DNA of 64,000 nucleotides from Octopus bimaculoides (taxonomy: Eukaryota). Below, in pieces: positions 50,140-60,329 of the stretch. Position 1 is the stretch's first letter. Each line of letters opens with the position of its first letter. The stretch lies in contig NC_068991.1 in assembly GCF_001194135.2 (NCBI RefSeq), positions 65,502,894 through 65,566,893 of the forward strand, read 5' to 3'. The notes beneath the pieces were generated by a model. That model did not search any database and was not told the DNA's origin. It worked only from the letters and a program-made list of their open reading frames with translations. The position numbers were made by a program, and so were the translations under genes.

Positions 50140-50605
50140 GCACCTGCGCCAGTGGAGCACTAACACCACTGTCCGAGCGTGTTCATTGCCAGAGCAGCTG
50201 TCTGGTTTCCATGCTAGTGGCCTGTAAATAGCGCCATTTGAGCGTAATCGGTATGAGCATCGCCTTCTAGCACTTGTGCTGGTGGCACGTTAGAATATCA
50301 TTTGAGTGAGGTCGTTGCCAGTGCCGCTGGACTGGCTCCCATGCAGGTGGCACATAAAAAACACCTTTTTGAGCATGGCCGTTGCCAGTACCGTGTGACT
50401 GGCCCTCATGCCGGTGGCACGTAAAAGCACCCACTATACTCTTGGAATGGTTGGCGTTAGGAAGGGCATCCAACTGTAGAAACTCTGCCAGATCAGATTG
50501 GAGCCTGGTGAAGCCTTCTGGCTCGCCAGTCCTCAGTCAAACCGTCCAACCCATGCTAGCATGGAAAGTGGACGTTAAACAATAATGAGGATGATGATGA
50601 TGATT
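50140..50605 (+). mobile_element. Family C, longest copy (internal about 60-bp subrepeat array plus RTE-type tail)
   Basis: About four GGTGGCACGTAAAA.CACC...TTGAGC...GTTGCCAGT units, then ...GCTAGCATGGAAAGTGGACGTTAAAC-(GAT)n. Confidence 0.88.
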
Positions 50606-52442
50606 TCCTTAACACAGTAGTTCTTCAGTTTGTTTCAGCCATCACAGGATAGACTAAAGCATCATCTTCAAATAGGAGTGCAGTTGTTAGAAAATTGAGT
50701 GAACAGTATGTATAGGGTGTTTTTCCGTGCCAGCAGCTTACAGGGCTACAAACTCCAAGTGGGGATCACTCTATTGCAAGCGTTCAGGCCAGATCCCTGG
50801 TTTTTGGATAGCTTCCTCTCTTGCTTCCATCAGCCTGGGTGGCCTTGAAAAAATAAAGGTCATGGGCACTGCTCTTCTTTTCATGACTAACTAGTAAAAA
50901 ACAAACAAACAACTAATTCTTTGATATTTTGCCATTTAGGTTGATTATTTGTATGAATGACACCTTTATGCTTTATTCATATACCTTATATCCTAAAAGA
51001 TGGTATTGTGATTTGGCAACGAATCGTAACTCTGATAGAAGCAGATAAGAATGATAGAAGAAAACCAAAGAAAGATGAAGATGTGGTCAGGTGATAATTA
51101 AGCTCTGTGAGACTTGTAGATGGCATATGATGGCATAATTGAGATACAGGAAGAATATTATATTGCAGACCTACCCAAATTATGCCAATGTGATAATAAA
51201 AACTCAATGGTTATCAAAATGCTCTAAATTAAAATAATTATTAAACCATAATATGTTACCATAAATAATAAATCTATGTTGAAGCAATCCCTAAAGTTGT
51301 AACATTATACACTAAATTTGTATATTGAGTTCTTGATTTTTTTTTTTTTTTCACTCAAATAAGCTTTACTCAAAGAAAGCTCAAAATGTAAGAATCAACT
51401 TGCTATGCAGTAGTTTTCAACTGACCGTTTTCGAAGTTTGTCTTTCAGAAATATTCCAGCACTTCTGTTCACCTTACACTGTCCAGCATGATATATAAGC
51501 CACGTACGATAATAATGAGATATTTATAAGTGCCGTTTTCGAATGGTACTGCAGAGAAAAGATTTATTTCTTCCTAGTGAATACGCCTAGCTGTTGTTTG
51601 AAACCATTCCGTTAAGTAAAACACCTGGAGATAGCAGTAATTGCGAGCTGGCGGTCCCAGATGAAGACCTAGGAATAACTCGGAAATATCGATTTTTAAC
51701 ATGAATAGCGCAAAAATATTGATAGTCAAAAGTGAAATGAGATTACGTAAATTTGAAGTTTTGAATTGTTTCACAGTTGTTATTTTAAGAATAACTGATC
51801 GTCTATCAATGTTTCCACTGAACTCTTGAAATATGCTTTCAAAAAAACTCCACAGAATCCTCAATGCCATCCAGATATTTTATGAAAAGATTGATGTAGA
51901 TGGTGAATGGTGCGGAGCTCTTGAAAGATGCATTGAGGTCGTCGTCAGTCAGTAAATACAGCTGTGACCAGCAGGGAGGTCATTGTGGTGAGGGTTGGTC
52001 GGTCGATGACAGAGTGATTATTATTGCCGGGAAAAAATGTAAACAAAATGAGCGAGATTGAATCTAAAGCTGTAACACGAAATGTAAAGTGGTGTTCCGA
52101 TGTTAAGCAACCGCAGTTAGTTTAATATAGCATGCCAAAATGTTGACAGTTGCAACAAGAAATATTACACAACGTGTATATGTTGGGCAAAGAAAGGATC
52201 TGATATATTGTGATTATTGATATTGGAGCGGTTCATTTACCGGTTAGAACTTAAATACCCCATCAATTCAAAATTGAATGGAAGAACGAGTGCAGGGGGG
52301 AAGATATAGTGAAAGGAACCACGAGCTGGACTTGCGTTATCGTTGGAATTATGAGTGGATGCGTCTTGTGCGACGTGTCTTTGCAACAAAACAAATGACA
52401 AAATGCATAAAAGAAAAAAATACGGAATGGTTGCGCGCTTAC

Positions 52443-52649
52443 CTTGGCTAAAATCTGCCAACGTTGCATGGCAACGGCCCCGTTGATAATTCCGTCGTTT
52501 TGAGTTGGCTTTTTCGTCTTGTTGTCTCCAGTTGATTGGACATGATGTGGATGTTGCAGTTGTGCAACTGTAGCAGAAGGCACTTGGCTTACTATCGCCG
52601 TTTCTTCTTTGCCACTGTCCGTGTCGGAGTGTATTCTTGTGGGCTCCAT
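52443..52649 (-). CDS. Candidate first coding exon (69 aa, phase-0 donor) of a host gene; tentatively calmodulin-lysine N-methyltransferase (CAMKMT)-like
   Basis: ATG at 52649 in CAAACC-ATG-G context (A at -3, G at +4), with an in-frame TAG upstream. Reads MEPTRIHSD...GAVAMQRWQILAK, followed directly by AAG|GTAAGC. Non-repetitive, CpG-retaining surroundings. RWxILAK resembles the ARWKLLRQ / RWKILAK motif I recall at the end of exon 1 of CaM-KMT proteins. Exon 2 was not found by eye. Confidence 0.55.
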
Positions 52650-52795
52650 GGTTTGAATACAGAACTGCTAAACCAGAGATCACGCTCTGTCGACTCCTTG
52701 CTCCTCCCCTGCCGAACTGTAACCACCAAAACCTTGCACAACGACCATAGAGATAATAAGTAAACGCGCACACGCACATGCACTAGAGTCGTCGC

Positions 52796-52858
<63 letters not shown>

Positions 52859-53329
52859 CGTGTGTATGTGTGTATGTGTATGTGTGTGTATATATATAGC
52901 GTTGATATGTGCGTTTGTATTGCCTTGTATTGTTAGTATAATAAATGAACAGAGCGTAGATTTATGATGTAGTACATGTGTCTGCTTGCATTAACGTGTG
53001 TACAATGTGGTCGCTAAGGAGCCTTTAGTAGTTGTAATCACATTTGTTTTTCTTGCTAATTCTTATCTCTCTTTTCTTCTTTCTCTCTCTCTCTCACCAT
53101 TATCGCTTATTCTCTTCAACACTCCCCTCTGCTTGTCCGTTTCCATTTCTCTATCTCTCTCTTCCTGTTCATCTTGCCTTAATCCTTCTGATTTTCCCCC
53201 CGCCCACCCCGCTTTTTATTTTAATCCACTTGTGTAGAAATAATTAATTAATTAAATAAATAAACAAATAATCCAATAATCAATCAATCAGAAAGAAAAC
53301 AGGTGAAATGTGTGACTGTAAATTTGTTT

Positions 53330-54047
53330 ATGAGAGGAAGGAGAGAAAGTTTTAGAGAAAGAAATACAACAAAAAACACTTAGTTGTTGCTCTGAAGAAG
53401 GAAGCTTGATAATAAGAGAGAAGGAGGTGATGAGAGAAAGAAGGGGAGGGAAAGACTGTAAGAATTAGTGAGGATGGNNNNNNNNNNNNNNNNNNNNNNN
53501 NNNNNNNNNNNNNNNNNNNNNNNNNNNNNNNNNNNNNNNNNNNNNNNNNNNNNNNNNNNNNNNNAAGAGTGGTGGCGGGAGTGAAAAGAGGAAAAGAAAA
53601 AGCAGGAGAGGAAAGAAGGGTGAGAGTGAGTGTCGTAGTGTGAATAAGGAGTGAGAGGGATGCATTGAGAAACATGCAGAGAGAGAGAGAGATGAGGAGA
53701 AAGAGAAAGAAGTGAGCCAATGGAAGAGGAAGACGATGAAGGGGAAAAGAGAGAGGGATGGGCTTATTGCAGCAGTAAAGAGAGCAAGTTATTAAATAGA
53801 AGACAGAGAGAGGGGAGAGAGGGGAGAGGGGGGAGAGAGAGAAGCTTGTGTATTAGAAGAAAGAAAGAGAAAGACTATATAGAAAGAGAAGAAGAAGAAG
53901 GTGAGAAAATGAGATTGCCGGTGATTCCAAACTGTTGAAGAGACCAACCTACCGATGTAAGCCGGCGTTTTAATTGTTCTTGTTGCTGTTATTAGTAAAA
54001 TAGATGAAGATTACAGACGCATCAACGGTTTAAGCCGTACTCACTTG

Positions 54048-54079
<32 letters not shown>

Positions 54080-54358
54080 TTATTTCTATCTGTCTATCTT
54101 TCTCCCTTTGCAGTAGTCTCCATCGTTACTTTCACTCCGTCTCTCTCTCTCTTGTTCTCACTCCTTACTCTTTCACTTATTCCATCTCTCTTTTTCTCTG
54201 TTCACGTTTTAATCTCTCCATCGATGTGGTTGATTCTCCCTGTCTTTCTTTTCCTGTTGTTCTACTCTCTTCCCCGCTCCCTCTCTGTCTCTGTTCTTAT
54301 GACTTTCTTCTCCCGCAGCATCACTATAACACTCTGTTTATCAATTTCGCATTTCGCT

Positions 54359-54396
<38 letters not shown>

Positions 54397-54484
54397 GCTA
54401 TCAACCAATCTATCTATCTATCCATCTATCTATCTATCTATCTATCTATCTACCTATCCATCTATCTATCTATCTATCTATCTA

Positions 54485-54521
<37 letters not shown>

Positions 54522-54920
54522 GCGTGCATCTGAATATCCCTTTATTCTTTCCTTCATGCTCGGCTATATCTATCGTCATGAAGTCACATTCATTATATCA
54601 CTTCCTCAAACACAATTTCTTTCACTCTCTTTCTCTCTCTTTCTTTTCTCTCCTTCCCGTCTTTCTCCCATCTATCAATCTATCCCTCCATCCCTTTACC
54701 CCCCTCTATATCACTTCCCCTTATACCCTCCACACTTCCACCCCCACACCTTCTTTTACACTATTCGACCTTCTCGCTCGCTCCTCTCTATTATATCTTT
54801 TCACCGATACCTCTACGCACACTTCACTCTTTTCTCTTCCCCTCTCCCCACTCTTACTGTTTCATACTCTTTCTTTCTCTCCTCTCACTCTCTCTCTCTC
54901 CCTTTCTCACACACTTTACC
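53330..54920. repeat. GA-rich tract followed by CT-rich and (CTAT)n tracts
   Basis: Directly visible low complexity. Confidence 0.85.
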
Positions 54921-55119
54921 ACTCCCTCCCCCCAGCTCTAAACTCTGACAGAAAGAGGCCAGTAGGTAGTAAAGTGGAGGAGGGGGTAGCGGAGAATATG
55001 ACTTCGTTGCGATTTCAATTATTGATCTTATTAAGTCATATTGCGCGCGCGTACACACACAGGTGCATACACACATGCGTACATACATACACACATGCGT
55101 ACATACATACACACATGCG

Positions 55120-55151
<32 letters not shown>

Positions 55152-55336
55152 CGAACACATGCATCCCGCGTTGCACAACTGATTTATATTCACACACCTC
55201 CAGAGCCAACCGGTCGATGAGTCATCGTCCACTAATATTTTGGAAGTATAATATGCACACACACACACACACACACACGCACACAAAGAGGCATACACTA
55301 ATTGTGAATGGATGATGGTTTAGATGATGATGGTGA

Positions 55337-55370
<34 letters not shown>

Positions 55371-55753
55371 GGTGGTGGTGGTGGTGGTNNNNNNNNNNNN
55401 NNNNNNNNNNNNNNNNNNNNNNNNNNNNNNNNNNNNNNNNNNNNNNNNNNNNNNNNNNNNNNNNNNNNNNNNNNNNNNNNNNNNNNNNNNNNNNNNNNNN
55501 NNNNNNNNNNNNNNNNNNNNNNNNNNNNNNNNNNNNNNNNNNNNNNNNNNNNNNNNNNNNNNNNNNNNNNNNNNNNNNNNNNNNNNNNNNNNNNNNNNNN
55601 NNNNNNNNNNNNNNNNNNNNNNNNNNNNNNNNNNNNNNNNNNNNNNNNNNNNNNNNNNNNNNNNNNNNNNNNNNNNNNNNNNNNNNNNNNNNNNNNNNNN
55701 NNNNNNNNNNNNNNNNNNNNNNNNNNNNNNNNNNNNNNNNNNNNNNNNNNNNN

Positions 55754-55824
<71 letters not shown>

Positions 55825-55884
55825 ATGCACGCACGCATACATCACATACATACATATACATACATATATATACATACATCATCC

Positions 55885-57730
55885 TATAAATGCACCTGGA
55901 CATATAATCAATGGTGATTCCCGGATGGGGGGGGGAGGGCATTACGTGTTTTGGGTCTTTCAATATCAGATACCCTCACCCAGGTGATTCAGCAAGAGTT
56001 GATGAATTCCAGGAGTGTGCCCTGTTAACACTACTCTTCGTAGCACTGCCCCTTCCGGAGTTCGCACCTTCTGCTCTACAATCCCCTTGAGGCAATCTCT
56101 GTTGCCCCCACGACCAGCCTGGTAGCCTTCCTGTACTGGCACCTGTGATGTCAAACAACTCTGTAAAGAGGCTGGCCTGCAAAAAAACCTATATCCCACC
56201 TCGATGGGGTCACACCCTGCTTTCCAGCCATTACTTTGGCACAATCCACCAGCTCAGCATATTCCCTCTTCTTCCTCTCGTTAGCCTCCTCCAAGCGTTC
56301 CTCCCAAAGAACGAAGAATTCTAACAGAACTACCTGCTTAGGTGCTTCTGAGATTATCACCATAGTCAGTCTTAATAATGTAGTGACGACAGTTTCCGGA
56401 AACTTCAGCTGCTTCTGCAGGTCGACTTTCAACACCCAGTCTTATGTTGTTGCAAATAGACCCAAGGGAGCAGACTCAGTAGCAGGCATCTTCTAGCCAG
56501 CTCTGACAAAGGTGATGAAACTTTTCGTTGAGCAGGGGCTGCTTGCCATGACTAATCCCGCTTGATGTTAGCTTTGACACTCAAAACCTCTATTCATGTC
56601 CCCAGCGGTAGTGTCCCTCTCTCAAGGCTTTTGGACAGCTACTGGGGGTATGTTCCCGGGTTCCTCTCCTCTGGTACAGGAAGCAAGCTGGTGACTCCAA
56701 CTTTCTCCAACAGAATGAGTTGGATGAGCTCGGTAGAACATTATAAACTGCCAGAATTAGGAATTTTATCCAGTGGGGCTCCGTTTTCCAAAGATCAGGT
56801 TATAAGACTTTGCGTGCAGCCGTTTAGTCCCATCCTCACCAGGATCCCCAACACCTCATCCCGACACATTTGCTGGTTCGTTCCTTCTCAGTCGAAGCTT
56901 CCACCTCGTTCCGAATCAGTAACCTCCTTCCTTTCTTTGTACTTTTTCATAGTGAGATATCGTAGTGCTGCCCGGGTCAGTCCTTTCATGAGGTGCCACC
57001 CCCCCACGAGCGCTCCGCTTCTTAGCCGTGATTCTGCAGCCTTCATACTCCATTTCCCTTCTGTTTTGACTTTAATATCGCCCTGGGAGGACTTTAAAGA
57101 TCCAAATGCCTCGGTGTTGCAGCATCTTCCTAGCACTACGGGTTACCATGAATTCTCTCAGGTTGCTAATGGGAAGCCACGACTTTTGATTCTTTCCATA
57201 CGGGACCATGTTGCTCAGGCACCGAGGAAATCCCAGCCATTTCTGCAGTAACCCGCTGACTCTCCACGGTGGATATTGTGGCCTGATTTACTAAGAACAG
57301 CCAAAGAATCCGTGTGAGGATGCTATGTTGGTACCCCCTCCCCCCAGGGATTTACCAACATGTTGGTAAGGCATTAAACTTACCAGGGAGACTTGACTTG
57401 TCCATTGAGGTTAGCCAGACCTCCAATTCTTTGTTGGTTTCCCGGATGGAGAATGTATTTCTCAGGGCTCTGTTTAAACACCTTTCTTGGGTTCGAAACA
57501 GCTTTCTTGCAGATGGATGGTATCTAAATGCTACTGATCGAGAAAACGAACCTGCTTCTAACTTTGCTTTTCTTCAGCAACAAGATAGCTGGATTTGACT
57601 GGCTTGAAACTCATGCGAGCCCCAGTCAACAACTCCTTAAAGCTCTTAAGATTCTTCTACTCCTCATGACTTTTGTCGTTGTTACTGTTAAGTCATCCTT
57701 AAAGGTCCTCATAGAAGGCTGTCATTATAT
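55885..57730 (-). mobile_element. HERO-clade (R2 superfamily, restriction-like endonuclease) non-LTR retrotransposon, 5'-truncated and dead
   Basis: QPSMRTFKDDLTVTT (RT motif C), ARMSFKPVKS, DKSSLPGKF, YQHSIL.RILW, AESRLR, CPKALREGHYRW (CCHC region), KQVVLLEF.V.WEERLEEANERKK.EYAELV, GWKAGCDPIEVG (endonuclease). 3' UTR GGGTGAGGGT...GAAAGACCCAAAACAC. Many frameshifts. Confidence 0.88.
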
Positions 57731-58361
57731 TTCATACATTTTATTTTTTAAATATTTGCTTACTTATATAAAACGACTTCTTCGTCTGGTGAACACGCAT
57801 CCAAGAAAGTGGACCAGGTCTTCCAAGATTCTCTAAATACGAACATGAATTAAAAACAAAGCAAAACACTTACTCTTTTACTTTTATTTCTTTTACTTGT
57901 TTCAGTTATTTGACAGCAGCCATACTGGAGCACCGCGTTGATAAAAATAAACGGCATCACTAAAATAAGAGAACACAGATATTTGCACCTAACACAAAAG
58001 AATGATAATTTCACAAACTGCAACCAGCAATGATGATGACAACGAAAGCAGCGAATGTTTAGCCAAGGTTGTCTGCCAAAAAGTAATTCTGAATATGAGT
58101 CAACTATCTGAAAAAGAAAAAAAAAAAGACAATGTGGTACAGATATATTGCGAAATCTTCTGCCTTTTTGTCAGACAATTTAGTCGAAGAAAGGGCGAGG
58201 AATAAAAAGTGGAATGTCTTTGCGTATCAAAAATGCAGAGAGTTGGGGGTTTTTTTGTAGTAAAATCGCAAACGAACAGTTGAAAGAAAGTATGGCTGAC
58301 ATCTGAATACTGTGGTTTCCATCGATCAAAGATCAAATGGAACTAATGTTTTGCTTTTTAG

Positions 58362-58386
58362 ACTGAGGACAGGGCGAGGAAGAAAG
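58362..58386 (+). other. Candidate 25-nt microexon
   Basis: ACTAAT branch-point-like motif, GTTTTGCTTTTTAG acceptor, purine-rich body ACTGAGGACAGGGCGAGGAAGAAAG, donor AAG|GTGAGT. No transcript evidence. Confidence 0.3.
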
Positions 58387-58924
58387 GTGAGTTGATACAT
58401 CACAGACACCCTGCCTTGTGCTACAAATATAGGGAGCGATAGAACACAATGGTCGCAAACAGAAACATTGATAGTGACATTGATTCTCGGCCAGTCATTA
58501 TCTTTGCGACGCAGATAAACAAAAACATATTTTTCATTATTAATTGCACAAATCATAACCCCGTCTCTTGTTTTTTTCTTTTGAGAAATTAATAATAAAA
58601 AAAAAACGTTACGAAACTTTATAAATTGAAATTTTGAGGGAATTTCAACCAGTCAGATGTAGCCATGCCTATAACAACGTATTTAAAGCCAAACATTTAA
58701 AACAGCGCGAGCGATCGTGTGGAAACTCCGGCAATCCTTCCCATACTGTTATGTATGTATGAGAAAGACCTCCACATGAGAAATGCCAGCAAAATCTCCC
58801 TCAAATCACACCGTATTACCTTATGCATTTATATACGTATGAGACGGTGACGGAGACCTCTACATGGTAGCTGCATACTCCCCGGCCGAGTTTTACCACT
58901 CCATTTTCTAGTTTGTCTTTCATA

Positions 58925-59268
58925 TCTTAGGTTTTGTTTGTTTAAGTCATTGCACTGCCTGAAGGATACAGTCGAAGAAATTGAACTCAGTACTTACTTT
59001 TAAGTTTATTACCTATTCTATCGGTTCTTTTTGCCGAACTGCTAAGTTACGTAGATGTAAACGCACTAACACCGGTTGTCAAGCTGTGATGTGGACACAC
59101 ACATACATGACGGACTTCTTTCAGTTTCCGTCTACCAAATCCATTCACAAGGCTTCGGTTGGCCCAAGGCTTTAGTAGGAGATACTTGCCCAAAGTGCCA
59201 CGCAGTTGAACTGAACCCGGAACCATGTGGTTGGGAAGCAAGCTTCTTACCACATAACCACGCCTGAA
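58925..59268 (-). mobile_element. SINE family A
   Basis: Reverse A body and head. Confidence 0.85.
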
Positions 59269-59400
59269 ATTATATCCCTTCTTAATTAGTCGTAACATTT
59301 TTCGCCTTTGATTGTCATGGTTATGATTTCCACCTTTAGAATTTCCTGTATCTCGTATTTTTTTTTTTTTAATATTTTTCTGTGTATTATCGTTGGTTAG

Positions 59401-59475
59401 TGGAGGCGCAATGGCCCAGTGGTTAGGGCAGCGGACTCGCGGTTTCGATTCCCAGACCAGGCGTTGTGAATGTTT
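59401..59475 (+). mobile_element. SINE family B head only
   Basis: TGGAGGCGCAATGGCCCAGTGGTTAGGGCAGCGGACTCGCGGTTTCGATTCCC. Confidence 0.85.
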
Positions 59476-59650
59476 TTTGCCTGAAAGCACCGGTCGAGAA
59501 TTCCTATACTGATCGGTCAGTTTCGGCTAATTCCGTAGCCCCATCATTAGGGACCGATCGACCCGGCTTTTTCTGAACTTGCTTTTCTGTCAGTGCATAT
59601 GTATTCACCATAAAAATCTATGGATGATTTAGCGAATCGCAAATTTGTAT

Positions 59651-59853
59651 ACAGTAATTTAATATAGACAGCAGTATGCAATGTTTTACCAAAAAGGAAA
59701 ACTATAATCCTGACTAAACGTGACTAGGGTGTCACTAAATGTGGCTAAATTCTAGAAATGTAAGTGTTCTTACACCCTAGTTACATTTAGTGACAATTAT
59801 AGTCTTCCTTTTTTGTAAAACATTGCATACTGCTGTCTATATTAAATTAGTGT
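59651..59853. mobile_element. Palindromic MITE (about 78-bp TIRs), Tc1/mariner-like
   Basis: TA|CAGTAATTTAATATAGACAGCAGTATGCAATGTTTTAC...CTAGGGTGT pairs with ACACCCTAG...GTAAAACATTGCATACTGCTGTCTATATTAAATTA. Spacer about 39 bp. Confidence 0.75.
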
Positions 59854-60061
59854 GTGTGTGTGTGTGTGCGTGTGTGTTTTGAGACTGTATCTTCTTAAGT
59901 TAGCAAGTTTGTTACGGTCCAAGGTTACATATAGAGCTGAGCTAATTCCTTTCAAATCTTATTCTAGTATATGGTCGTACTTTCGTTGTATTTCTTTTAT
60001 CTATTTATTTTGTTGGGTGGGTAGTATGGCAGTAAGATATGAATGCCGTTGTTAGCATTAA

Positions 60062-60290
60062 GAGGACAATAAGAGGCGGTGAGCTGGCAGAATCGGTAGC
60101 ACGTCGGACAAAATGCTTTTCGGCATTTCTTCTGACTGTATACGTTCTGAGTTCAAATTCCTCCGAGGTCGTTTTTGTCTTTCCGCTTTGCGAGGTCGAT
60201 AACATTAGTACCAGTTGAATATTGGTTCGTTGTAATCGACTTCCGAATTTCCTAAAATTGCTGCCCTTGTGCCAAAATGTGAAACCATTC
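60062..60290 (+). mobile_element. SINE family D
   Basis: GGCGGTGAGCTGGCAGAATCGGTAGCACG head, TTCTGAGTTCAAATTCC...GAGGTCG. Confidence 0.85.
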
Positions 60291-60329
60291 CAAACAACTA
60301 TTAGATAAGAATCGATAGCGTTTAAAAAT

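Noticed and set aside
50990-51100. Possible RTE C-terminal remnant (DRRKPKKDEDVVR)
   Set aside because: Too short and degenerate to call.
52237-52779. 180-aa minus-strand ORF overlapping the candidate exon
   Set aside because: It starts in a (TG)-like stretch and has no recognisable motif. The alternative frame has the Kozak ATG, upstream stop and matching donor.
54152-55315. 387-aa ORF
   Set aside because: No ATG start; composed of (CT)n, (CTAT)n, (TG)n and (CATA)n repeats.
3160-55963. Dozens of long ORFs rich in X, YI/HT/CV, poly-H/D/M/I or SL
   Set aside because: They are translations of microsatellites and N gaps, which lack stop codons; no coding signal.
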